DNA from: an uncultured Gammaproteobacteria bacterium
GTDB taxonomy: Bacteria > Pseudomonadota > Gammaproteobacteria > JAURND01
Length of the DNA: 64,000 nucleotides
Assembly: GCA_963797335.1 (NCBI GenBank)
Contig: CAWCOU010000001.1
Coordinates: 10,963-74,962 of the forward strand
Direction of reading: 5' to 3'
Shown here in pieces: positions 1 to 8,376 of this stretch. How positions within the stretch are numbered: position 1 is the stretch's first letter; each line of letters begins with the position of its first letter. Below the pieces are notes generated by a model. That model ran no database searches and was not told the origin of the DNA. It was given only the letters and a program-made list of their open reading frames with translations. Position numbers and translations under genes: made by a program.

Positions 1-75
1 AGCGATCCCACTCAAAATCTGATCGTTCATGCCATGAAAGATGAGTGGTGACAATTTTAGCAGGAGCTACTCTAT

Positions 76-885
76 ATGTTTTTCCTTCGCCAATGGCAAA
101 GTCCTTTCTGGTTTTTATGGTTCAGCGGCTTTGTTATCTCTGCGGTTGCGGATGATAGTGCAGATCCGTGCGCAGGCTCAAACGCGCTCTTGGCCATCAT
201 CGATAGGCCAACAGTAGCCGACAGTGCTTGCGTGGTTCCCTACAATCAGGTCACACTTGAAACCGGTTGGCAATACCAACAGCTGACATCACCCGGCCAA
301 CAATATAATTTCCCGGAAGCGGAATACCGTGTCGGTTTACCGTTTCATACGGAATTTGTTTTCCTGCCGCCTAATTACATCCACCAAATGCACCCATCGT
401 TGTCAGGGTATACGGCAGCGACTATGGGGATTAAACATGAAATAGGGTATACCGCGCATTGGCTGGCCGCCGCTGAAAGCTTATTTACGATTCCTTCTGG
501 CAGCAACGAATTTGGCACCCAAACCGTAGAAGAGACCGTCAACGGGATAGTGACTTATACAGTCAATCCTGCGGTTAGCCTCTCCGTTATGTTGGGTACC
601 AGCTCAGAAACAGAGTCCAAAAATAATGGCGGCGGCCATTTTGCCAGTTTCAATCCCGATCTAGTCTTTTCATGGTTACCCACGGAAAAGTTAGAATTTT
701 TCGGCGAAATCTATGGTCAAACCAAAACGGCCCCTGATCAAGGCAGTGGGTATAATTGGAATGGAGGCATTGTTTATCTGGTGAGCCAAAATCTAGCTTG
801 GGATTTGGAATACGCCCAACGCCTGAGTGGCAACTTAGATGGCTTTGAACATTACATCGGCACCGGGTTGTCGCTCATTTTCTAA
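76..885 (+). CDS. Outer-membrane beta-barrel 'transporter' (putative MetA-pathway of phenol degradation-like family)
   Basis: Signal-peptide-like N-terminus, IDRPTVADSACVVP motif, amphipathic beta strands, terminal Phe (GLSLIF). Confidence 0.6.
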   Translation: MFFLRQWQSPFWFLWFSGFVISAVADDSADPCAGSNALLAIIDRPTVADSACVVPYNQVTLETGWQYQQLTSPGQQYNFPEAEYRVGLPFHTEFVFLPPNYIHQMHPSLSGYTAATMGIKHEIGYTAHWLAAAESLFTIPSGSNEFGTQTVEETVNGIVTYTVNPAVSLSVMLGTSSETESKNNGGGHFASFNPDLVFSWLPTEKLEFFGEIYGQTKTAPDQGSGYNWNGGIVYLVSQNLAWDLEYAQRLSGNLDGFEHYIGTGLSLIF

Positions 886-968
886 GGGGTCAAGTCTGGA
901 TTTATGCCATATCAAAGGCAAATGGCTGATTTTCTGAAAATAAGGCAGAAATCCAGACTTGACCCCTT
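884..968. repeat. Palindromic repeat family C (20-bp perfect inverted arms)
   Basis: AAGGGGTCAAGTCTGGATTT (884-903) and AAATCCAGACTTGACCCCTT (949-968), between convergent genes; near-identical copy at 44951-45006. Confidence 0.9.
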
Positions 969-973
969 GTCGC

Positions 974-1330
974 TTACAGCGATTCTTGGATGGCTGCTAA
1001 AGCCACTTGTGGCAACCGGGTTTCGTAATCAGCAACTAGGGTAACTTCACCATCGGCTTTTACCTCCAGCAGTTCCGAACGCAATTTCCGCATGACGCTA
1101 AAAAATTTCGTCTCCAAACCAGGGTATAGCTGAATAATGCCGCCGAGCTTAGCGCGAATCGCTTGCCAGGCCGGGGTCGAGATCGTTTCATCAAAAAAGG
1201 CATCATCTTGAATTTGCTGCGCTTTATAAGTCGACATTTTTTGAAGATGCTCACGGAGAATAGGGGAGACCTGCTGTATCATCTTCTGGGCACCCATCAG
1301 ATTCGCCATTGCGCTCAATTTTCCCAGCAT
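974..1330 (-). CDS. Hypothetical protein (~118 aa)
   Basis: ORF track 974..1396; ATG at 1330 (MLGKLSAM) has an AGAGG SD; no family recognised. Confidence 0.55.
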   Translation of the reverse strand: MLGKLSAMANLMGAQKMIQQVSPILREHLQKMSTYKAQQIQDDAFFDETISTPAWQAIRAKLGGIIQLYPGLETKFFSVMRKLRSELLEVKADGEVTLVADYETRLPQVALAAIQESL

Positions 1331-1401
1331 AAAACCTCTGAAGTAACAATGAAATAGAACAAATATTGTAAGTAGATTAGTCGATAATAGCAACAAGCCC
1401 T

Positions 1402-1537
1402 GCCCAAGTAAGCATGAAGTATCCCAGGGGCTGGCTGCAAACCCTCTAATTCATGGAGGAATTAGGGAGATACGATTGACGTATTTATGCGTGGTTGCAG
1501 CCAGCCCCTGGGATACTTCATGCGCGAAGTGGCTCCT
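1402..1537. repeat. Palindromic repeat family A, copy 1
   Basis: Perfect 29-bp inverted arms 1412-1440 / 1495-1523 (GCATGAAGTATCCCAGGGGCTGGCTGCAA) around an inner hairpin; near-identical copy at 59562-59693, partial copies at 16224-16263 and 59727-59752. Confidence 0.92.
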
Positions 1538-1577
1538 CGACTCCCCCCTTCCCCCCGGCATGTACTATACTTATAGT

Positions 1578-1686
1578 GAGAGGGAAGAGATCCCACAGAA
1601 CATTCCAAAGACAGTTTAGAAGGTTGTGCCCCATTTGGTTTCAGCGCGGTTTGACCGGAGCAGAGGCCAGGAGGGGCATTTTTTTT
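1578..1686 (+). ncRNA. Candidate small RNA or long terminator hairpin
   Basis: TATACT -10-like hexamer at 1566-1571; long interrupted stem TGCCCC..TGGTTTC..CGGT-TTG-ACCG..GAGGCCA..GGGGCA (1627-1678) followed by T8; no convincing ORF. Confidence 0.25.
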
Positions 1687-1929
1687 GTCTATGATTTTAC
1701 AAGCTTTTTTCTTCAAACCCCTGCAACCGCGATGACGAAAACGGCCTGCGCACCGAGCATTAGGTCAATGGACTACATTTTTGTAACTAGGATTATGGTT
1801 AAATAAACTCCAATAGATGGTCACACGGGTTAGTGATTCTGGGCCGTAAGGTTCAGTAAGCATCAAGTGAAGGTGGCAGGGAAGCATTTTAATTCATATG
1901 GTTTACAAAATAGTTAGTTGGAGGTATGT

Positions 1930-2085
1930 ATGTTTGCAGGCTTACCAAAACCACTGCAAGAAGAAATTATCTGCTATATGCAAGCTGATAATTTTCGTGC
2001 CGCTAAAAAACTTTACGACGATTATTACCAAGAATCTAGCTCATCAGTAGAAGTAAAGAACGAAATAGAAGAGTCTGCTGCGTAA
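1930..2085 (+). CDS. Small protein, 51 aa (MFAGLPKPLQEEIICYMQADNFRAAKKLYDDYY...), below the ORF-track cutoff
   Basis: GGAGG SD at 1920-1924, ATG 1930, TAA 2083-2085; fills the gap just upstream of the YihY gene. Confidence 0.55.
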   Translation: MFAGLPKPLQEEIICYMQADNFRAAKKLYDDYYQESSSSVEVKNEIEESAA

Positions 2086-2102
2086 TTACCAAGTTATCCT
2101 CA

Positions 2103-2942
2103 GTGAACGCCATAAAATCCCTCTTTTTCATATTAAAAAAAACCGTAATTCGTCTATTTGCAGAAGACTATGCCTTTCGCGCCAGTGCTTTAGCATACAC
2201 CACTTTATTGTCCCTAGTACCCTTACTTTCTGTACTCGTTTATCTGCTCACCTTCTCACCACCATTATTTACTCGAATCATCAACCTTACCCGAGATTAC
2301 TTAGTAGAAAACTTTATTCCCAGTGCCAATATCACCATTGAAGGGTACCTGCAAAATTTTATCGATCAAGCCGCTCGGTTACCGGCTCTTGGCTTTATTT
2401 TCCTAGTAGTCGCTGCCGTTTTATTAATCATCACGGTGGATGGTGTGCTAAATGAAATTTGGCAACAGGACAAACGTAAAAAAAGAATCATGGGCTTTGT
2501 TTGGCGCTGGCTGGTGTTATTGGTGACTCCCTTAATTATTGGCATTAGCCTCTTTATCAGTTCCTATGTATTAAACATACCCTGGATTCTAGAATTAATT
2601 AATCGCCTGGGCGTACAAAAATCCTTATTAACCCTATCCTCATTAGTACTTAATACGTTGATTTTCACCATTGTTAATATGGTGGTGCCCCGTTGTAAGG
2701 TAAAATGGCGTGCAGGCTTATTGGGTGGTTTGATGACGGCGTTATTATTTGAAGCAGCGAAATCCCTATTTGCTTTTGTGATGAAACACTCCACATACCA
2801 AGCCATTTACGGGACTCTGGCGATTATTCCGGTTTTCTTATTTTGGTTATATGTTTATTGGCTCATTGTGCTTTTTGGGGCTTTGCTTGCCCACAGTCAG
2901 CAACAGCTTAAGCTGGCCACGCCAACTTCCCCTCCGCCTTAA
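2103..2942 (+). CDS. YihY/BrkB family inner-membrane protein
   Basis: ASALAYTTLLSLVPLL and YQAIYGTLAIIPVFLFWLYVYWLIVLFGA motifs; multiple TM helices; GTG start. Confidence 0.9.
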   Translation: MNAIKSLFFILKKTVIRLFAEDYAFRASALAYTTLLSLVPLLSVLVYLLTFSPPLFTRIINLTRDYLVENFIPSANITIEGYLQNFIDQAARLPALGFIFLVVAAVLLIITVDGVLNEIWQQDKRKKRIMGFVWRWLVLLVTPLIIGISLFISSYVLNIPWILELINRLGVQKSLLTLSSLVLNTLIFTIVNMVVPRCKVKWRAGLLGGLMTALLFEAAKSLFAFVMKHSTYQAIYGTLAIIPVFLFWLYVYWLIVLFGALLAHSQQQLKLATPTSPPP

Positions 2943-4123
2943 TTTTTGGCGTTTGGCCTCACAAGGCGGACTTTAATAACACCCTGGATGCTGGCAATTT
3001 CCTGCACTAACTCCTCGCTCACCGGCCCATCGACGTCGATTAACGTATACGCAATTTCATCTCTGGATTTATTTAAGAGATCGACAATATTAAGATGTAA
3101 TGAAGCGAGTTTCGTCGAAATCTGTGCCACCATATTGGGGATATTGGCATTGACGATAGCAATTCGTACCCCGGAGATAAACGGCATGTCAACCGAAGGG
3201 AAATTAACGGAATTTTGAATAAGGCCAAATTCTAAATAATCGCGGAGTTGATTAGCCACCATCACAGCGCAGTTTTCTTCTGCTTCTGTTGTCGAGGCAC
3301 CCAAATGCGGCAAAGCAATAATGCGATCATTGCCCAGCAAGGGTGCGCTGGGAAAATCGCAAACATACATGGCCACTCGTTTCTGAGCCAATGCCGCTAA
3401 CAAAGCAGTGGTATCGACAATATCTTTGCGCGCAAAATTGAGCACTACCACCCCTGGCTTAGTGGCCTGCAATCGAGTTTCATTGAGAAGGTGTTGAGTC
3501 TGCGCTGTCAAAGGTACATGTAGGCTGATAAAATCTGCCTGGTTCAACAATTGCTCCAAGTGACTGACAGACTCGACACTAGCGGATAATTCCCACGCGC
3601 GTTTGACGGTAATGGCAGGGTCATAGCCAATGACGCGCATACCGAGCGCAATAGCGCTATTGGCCACTTTGACACCAATGGCGCCAAGACCAATGACGCC
3701 CAGCGTTTTTCCGGGTAATTCAAAGCCAGCGAACTTTTTTTTATGATTCTCTACCTGAAGATCGATATCGTGATCATCGGCAGTCAAATGCCTAACATAA
3801 TCCCAGGCCTGGCAAAGATTGCGGCAGGCCAGTAACATCCCGGCGATGACCAGCTCTTTCACCGCATTGGCGTTGGCCCCGGGCGTGTTTAAGACCGGAA
3901 TTCCCAGGCGAGTCAATTTTTCCACAGGGATGTTGTTAACGCCGGCACCGGCGCGACCAACGACGGTTAACCGATCGGAAAAAACATGATCGTGCAAAGA
4001 AAAAGAACGCACGAGCAAGGCATCGGGATCGGCTACATTCTCAGCGACAAGGTAATCGGAGGGGAATTGTTGTAAGCCACGGGCAGCAATTGAATTTAAT
4101 AATTGGATTTTATACATGGTCAT
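2939..4123 (-). CDS. serA: D-3-phosphoglycerate dehydrogenase with C-terminal ACT domain
   Basis: RAGAGVNNI, GVIGLGAIG NAD-binding and LPHLGAST motifs; ATG 4123 overlaps the serC stop (TGATG). Confidence 0.92.
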   Translation of the reverse strand: MTMYKIQLLNSIAARGLQQFPSDYLVAENVADPDALLVRSFSLHDHVFSDRLTVVGRAGAGVNNIPVEKLTRLGIPVLNTPGANANAVKELVIAGMLLACRNLCQAWDYVRHLTADDHDIDLQVENHKKKFAGFELPGKTLGVIGLGAIGVKVANSAIALGMRVIGYDPAITVKRAWELSASVESVSHLEQLLNQADFISLHVPLTAQTQHLLNETRLQATKPGVVVLNFARKDIVDTTALLAALAQKRVAMYVCDFPSAPLLGNDRIIALPHLGASTTEAEENCAVMVANQLRDYLEFGLIQNSVNFPSVDMPFISGVRIAIVNANIPNMVAQISTKLASLHLNIVDLLNKSRDEIAYTLIDVDGPVSEELVQEIASIQGVIKVRLVRPNAKN

Positions 4124-5205
4124 CAATGAAATTTAGTAGCAAAATCCTGCATGAAAGCAATTAACTGATCCACCCCAGATTCAGGCATGGCATTATAAAT
4201 ACTGGCACGCATACCGCCGACTAATTTATGTCCTTTCAGATTCGCCAGGCCTGCTTCTAACGCAAGTGTTAAGAACGTTTCATTTAAGTCAGGATTAGTC
4301 AGGCTGAATGGTATATTCATCCAGGAACGGCAATCCGGATGCACAGGATTTATATAAAAAGGATGTTGGTCAATAAAGCGATACAGTTTATCGGCCTTAC
4401 GATGATTGCGCTCGGCCATGACCGATAAACCCCCTTGTCGTTTTAACCAGGCAAGCACCAGGCTGGTCAAGTACCAACTATAAGTAGTAGGTGTATTGTA
4501 AAGTGATTTATTTTTTATTTCGATGGGATATTGATACAAAATAGGCGTATGCGGTAGGGGCTCTCGTAAGCAATCCGGATTAATGATGACCACGGTAATG
4601 CCAGCGGCACCCATGTTTTTTTGGGCGCCTGCGTAAATAATGCCGTATTGGCTAACATCGATGGGTCGCGACAATAGTGTCGAAGACATATCGGCGACTA
4701 AAGGCACGGAACCTGTCTCGGGCAGCCAATGGAATTCAACGCCGTTAATGGTTTCATTGGGGGTGAGATGCAAATAAGCTGCCTGCGGATTTAAAGACCA
4801 TTCACTTTGGGGTGGAATGGTGACTTGAGGGGTTTTTTCACATTCGGTGACGACATTGACGTGACAGTATCGTTGTGCTTCAGCAATGGCTTTTTCAGAC
4901 CATTGACCGGTATTCACATAATCGGCTGTGGTGTTGTCACCCAAGACATTTAAGGGCACCATCGAGAACTGCGCGGTAGCACCCCCAGCTAAAAACAACA
5001 CCTGGTAATGCGCCGGAATAGCCAATAATTCTCGTAAATCCGATTCTGATTGCTCGGCCAATCGCGTAAACTCTTTGCCACGATGACTGACTTCCATCAC
5101 CGACATACCGAGATGGTGCCAGTCACGGAATTCGGCTTGTGCCTGTTCCATTACCTCCACAGGTAACATGGCAGGTCCGGGGCTGAAATTGTATACTTGG
5201 GGCAT
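4123..5205 (-). CDS. serC: Phosphoserine aminotransferase
   Basis: YNFSPGPAMLP, YAGAQKNMG (PLP lysine), GHKLVGGMRASIYNAM. Confidence 0.97.
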   Translation of the reverse strand: MPQVYNFSPGPAMLPVEVMEQAQAEFRDWHHLGMSVMEVSHRGKEFTRLAEQSESDLRELLAIPAHYQVLFLAGGATAQFSMVPLNVLGDNTTADYVNTGQWSEKAIAEAQRYCHVNVVTECEKTPQVTIPPQSEWSLNPQAAYLHLTPNETINGVEFHWLPETGSVPLVADMSSTLLSRPIDVSQYGIIYAGAQKNMGAAGITVVIINPDCLREPLPHTPILYQYPIEIKNKSLYNTPTTYSWYLTSLVLAWLKRQGGLSVMAERNHRKADKLYRFIDQHPFYINPVHPDCRSWMNIPFSLTNPDLNETFLTLALEAGLANLKGHKLVGGMRASIYNAMPESGVDQLIAFMQDFATKFH

Positions 5206-5290
5206 AAATTCCTCAGATTTTAAATCTTTCTCCGGCCTCGCAAGCGGGCCGATATGTTCTACCGAACATCATAACAAGGAAACAGCATTC

Positions 5291-6049
5291 ATGCGAAGAA
5301 AAGATTTTCATCCCCCCGTACCATTCGAAGCCATTATTTTTGATTGCGACGGCACGCTCAGCCATATCGAAGGAATTGATGAATTAGCTAACGCCCAAGG
5401 TGTAGGCGAACAAGTGAAACGTTTGACAGAAGAAGCCATGGGCCATACCGGATTAAATCCGCAATTGTATGACCAACGTTTGCAATGGGTAAAACCCAGC
5501 GCAGATCAAGTTCGATTATTAGGCGCTCAGTATTTTCAACAAAAATCGCCGGATTTATTGGCGGTATTGGCGATATTTCGATTTTTACAGAAAGAAATTT
5601 ATATTATTTCAGCAGGCTTGACGCCGGCTATTTCGTCTTTTGCTAATTTATTAATGATAGAGAGCACTCATGTTTTTGCGGTGGATATTTATTTTAATTT
5701 ATATGGCGAATACAGCGACTTTGATCGCCAGTCGCCGCTAGTGCACAATGATGGCAAGCAACGGATCATACAACAATTGCAACACAAATTTCGTGAGATG
5801 GCTTTAATAGGCGATGGTTTAAATGATTTTGCGGCCAGTCACTTAGTGCAGCGATTTATTGGTTATGGTGGTGCTTATTATCGAAAGAATATAGCCGACC
5901 AATGCGATTACTATCTGAAGACCGCGACCATGACGGCGTTATTACCGCTTTGCTTAACCGTAGAAGAAGTGGCGAGGTTAGATAAAAAAGCAATGAAATT
6001 ATATGAGACCGGGTTGGAAATATTAAAACAAGAACTCATTAAACAATGA
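5291..6049 (+). CDS. serB: HAD-family phosphoserine phosphatase
   Basis: FDCDGTL motif I, GIDELA, TEEAM, IGDGLND motif IV; divergent from serC-serA; start placed at ATG 5291. Confidence 0.8.
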   Translation: MRRKDFHPPVPFEAIIFDCDGTLSHIEGIDELANAQGVGEQVKRLTEEAMGHTGLNPQLYDQRLQWVKPSADQVRLLGAQYFQQKSPDLLAVLAIFRFLQKEIYIISAGLTPAISSFANLLMIESTHVFAVDIYFNLYGEYSDFDRQSPLVHNDGKQRIIQQLQHKFREMALIGDGLNDFAASHLVQRFIGYGGAYYRKNIADQCDYYLKTATMTALLPLCLTVEEVARLDKKAMKLYETGLEILKQELIKQ

Positions 6050-6233
6050 ATTATTAAATGCGAAATTAAGAAAAACTCTTGATAAAATAATTGAAATGAC
6101 GCTGTTAAAAGAAAAGTATTTTGGTTACAATAAAAAACTCTATGGATTTTAACTGATTAATTAATTAATTCTAATATTGCAAAACGAGCGGAGATAGAGA
6201 TGGGTATTTTTAATAAAAGAAATTAATTTAAGA

Positions 6234-6506
6234 TTATTCTGCGCATTCCACGTTGTTGCTGTTTGTTGTCGTAGTTTGCAGGAAATAAGCAGCAATATCA
6301 GGGCGTAGTAAATATTTAGAAATAATTCGATCAGGGGTATGCAAGCTGCTGGCTTCAGTTAATCGTTCTGCCAGGCGCCAGCTTGGTTTGCTATGGCCTC
6401 TGGCAATTTGCCATAGGTAGGCAATAGTAGTCCCTGCCATTCTTGCGACATCTTCACGTTGCTGAATGGTGGATTCATGCATCCATTGTCTCAAGTTTAT
6501 TTCCAT
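6234..6506 (-). CDS. Cro/YdaS-like small HTH regulator
   Basis: QREDVARMAGTTIAYLWQIARGHSKPS HTH and terminal LRPDI motif typical of lambdoid Cro/YdaS proteins. Confidence 0.8.
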   Translation of the reverse strand: MEINLRQWMHESTIQQREDVARMAGTTIAYLWQIARGHSKPSWRLAERLTEASSLHTPDRIISKYLLRPDIAAYFLQTTTTNSNNVECAE

Positions 6507-6513
6507 TTTGTTA

Positions 6514-6532
6514 GTTTAGCCAAACGCTAAAC
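6514..6532. promoter_or_regulatory. Putative operator between divergent cro and cI
   Basis: Perfect dyad GTTTAGC-N5-GCTAAAC, 8 bp upstream of the cro ATG; second weaker dyad GGTGC-N9-GCACC at 6562-6580. Confidence 0.55.
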
Positions 6533-6603
6533 AGTTTGTCAAGTGGGTGTTGGTGGTTTTCGGTGCAAATTTAACGCACCACAAAAGTGAATGACGTTAT
6601 TTT

Positions 6604-7248
6604 ATGGAAAGTAAAGAAATTAGATTGATTAATCTACGCAAATTGCTCAAAGAAGCAAAAACAGCTGCCTGGTTAGCAAAAACAGCCAAGACCAGCCCGG
6701 CGTATATCAGCCAAATTTTGAGTCCTAGATCGAAAGGTAATATTGGCGATAAGCTGGCTAGAAAATTAGAAAAAGCAACCGGCAAACCAAAAGGATGGTT
6801 GGATTCTCTGCACGATGAGCGGTCACCTCGCACCTCGTTTACCCAATTCGTGCCTTTACTCGAAGCCAAGCAAATTTTCGAATGGTTTGCGGGGAAGGGT
6901 TGGCCACCGATTAAAATGATCCGTGTGATTGACCCTATCAGCTCACAGGGTGATAATGTCTTCTCTATTGAGGTGAGCGGTGATGATATGGTCTCCCACA
7001 CCAGTGTGGCTTCGAGTATTTGCCCAGGGGACATAGCCATTATCGATCAAGATTTGGAGCCCGATCTAGGAAATATCGTCGTGGTCAATACCAGTTGTTC
7101 GATTAAACTGAGGCAGCTTTCTCTGGATGGTGATGAGCAGGTCTTAAAAGCCTTGAATCCTCAATACCCCATTTTGCCGTTTTCCAAAGATTTCCAGATT
7201 CTCGGCGTGGTCTTTGAGGTCAGGCGAATTTTTAAGAACACGGTGTAA
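6604..7248 (+). CDS. CI/LexA-like repressor (XRE HTH + S24 domain), catalytic dyad apparently substituted
   Basis: SPAYISQI...IGDKLARKLEKATGKPKGWLD HTH; S24 fold with LKALNPQYP and ILGVV; GDDM instead of GDSM. Confidence 0.88.
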   Translation: MESKEIRLINLRKLLKEAKTAAWLAKTAKTSPAYISQILSPRSKGNIGDKLARKLEKATGKPKGWLDSLHDERSPRTSFTQFVPLLEAKQIFEWFAGKGWPPIKMIRVIDPISSQGDNVFSIEVSGDDMVSHTSVASSICPGDIAIIDQDLEPDLGNIVVVNTSCSIKLRQLSLDGDEQVLKALNPQYPILPFSKDFQILGVVFEVRRIFKNTV

Positions 7249-7325
7249 ATGGTCTTATCAAATGGAACGCTGAAAGCAACAGTTCTTTCAGTGACTAACC
7301 CTTAATCAGAGGAAAGGAAAACCGA

Positions 7326-7691
7326 ATGAAAGAACAATTGCCAACCCGAGTTCCGTCAAAACAAACATCCACCCTTAAAACGATTGCAATCGCTATTGCC
7401 TTGATCGTTATTTGTCTGCTGGTATTCCATTTATTTTTTCCGATCTTTGGCGCTGCGGTCATCATCAGCGCTGCGGCTTGGGGCATTATCGTTGCCAGTG
7501 TAGTGTTGTTTTGTTTAGTCTTATTATTACTTTTTCTTTTTTCAGGAGCTATTGCCACTACCGTCTTGGGCTTGCTTGCCTTTGCGTGGTTAATCGTTGC
7601 GCTCATTATATTTCCGATTGTCTTCCCATTAATTATGCCTATTTTTATTATGATCGTAGCCATTGGTTTTATTCTTCGACGTAGAAAATAA
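7326..7691 (+). CDS. Small multi-pass membrane protein
   Basis: 121 aa, almost entirely hydrophobic, basic C-terminus; AGGAAAGGA SD. Confidence 0.75.
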   Translation: MKEQLPTRVPSKQTSTLKTIAIAIALIVICLLVFHLFFPIFGAAVIISAAAWGIIVASVVLFCLVLLLLFLFSGAIATTVLGLLAFAWLIVALIIFPIVFPLIMPIFIMIVAIGFILRRRK

Positions 7692-7694
7692 AAA

Positions 7695-7772
7695 ACCCCT
7701 GGCAGCTCAGATCACTAGCCCACAAAAAACTAACAATCGCTTTTTCGTGGGCTAGCCCCGGCTGCCAGGGGT
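7695..7772. repeat. Nested palindrome (family E) or bidirectional terminator between convergent genes
   Basis: ACCCCTGGCAGC/GCTGCCAGGGGT outer arms and CTAGCCCAC/GTGGGCTAG inner arms; the same CCCTGGCAG arms recur at 14237-14277. Confidence 0.7.
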
Positions 7773-7791
7773 AGGGTAAGAAGAATCAGAA

Positions 7792-8253
7792 TTAGGTATT
7801 GTCAGGAATCAAACGAGTACGTGGTCCGTAGATCACCAATACTTTTTGGCCAACGAACAAGTTGGTATCTTGCGTTTGCGTCACGGTAATCACATTGTGA
7901 TTTTTCAAGCGAATCACGTATTCATAGCCAATTTGGGAATGAATCGATTGATCCAAAGAATTGCCTATCACCCCACCTAACACCGCGCCGCCCAATGCCC
8001 CAGCAATTCGGGCCGTAGGATTTTGGCTGATTAAAGACCCGGCTAATGCGCCACCACCAGTGCCCACCAGGCCACCCACTCGGCTATTGTTATCAATTTG
8101 CACTGCTCGTTTAGATAAAATAACCCCAGACGCAGTTCTGTTAACCGTGCCTACCTCTCCGGCGTTAAGGGTGTTAGAAGATAAATTAGGGCTGCAACCG
8201 ACCAAAACCAAGCTGATCAAGAGTAACGGAAGTAGTGTAAAGATTTTTTTCAT
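7792..8253 (-). CDS. Glycine-zipper 2TM outer-membrane lipoprotein (SlyB/17-kDa antigen-like)
   Basis: Start re-placed at ATG 8253 (MKKIFTLLPLLLISLVLVGC lipobox); GGLVGTGGGALAG and GALGGAVLGGVIG zippers. Confidence 0.85.
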   Translation of the reverse strand: MKKIFTLLPLLLISLVLVGCSPNLSSNTLNAGEVGTVNRTASGVILSKRAVQIDNNSRVGGLVGTGGGALAGSLISQNPTARIAGALGGAVLGGVIGNSLDQSIHSQIGYEYVIRLKNHNVITVTQTQDTNLFVGQKVLVIYGPRTRLIPDNT

Positions 8254-8345
8254 GATAAATTTATCCAAAAAATAGGTAAATATTGATTTTAACACACGCC
8301 AAAGATCGATAGGCGCTAGTTGCCGAGCGGAAGTATAGAGTGAAG

Positions 8346-8363
8346 ATATTAAAATAATCTTAA
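8346..8363 (-). promoter_or_regulatory. Conserved 18-bp motif, PmrA/OmpR-type direct-repeat box candidate
   Basis: ATATTAAAATAATCTTAA, identical at 35973-35990; on the - strand reads cTTAAgatt-N2-tTTAAtat with 11-bp period. Confidence 0.5.
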
Positions 8364-8376
8364 GTAGGAAAATGCG

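Noticed and set aside
1462-1806. ORFs 1462..1716, 1495..1806, 25519..25701, 44689..45115 and 59260..59442
   Set aside because: They run through palindromic repeats and show no protein-like features
1810-1880. c-di-GMP-I riboswitch upstream of the small ORF
   Set aside because: Only superficial similarity; it lacks the GCAAAC, GAAA-loop and GACGCAAAG elements
6234-7691. Intact prophage or integrative element
   Set aside because: No integrase, att repeats, replication or structural genes; the flanks are core genes
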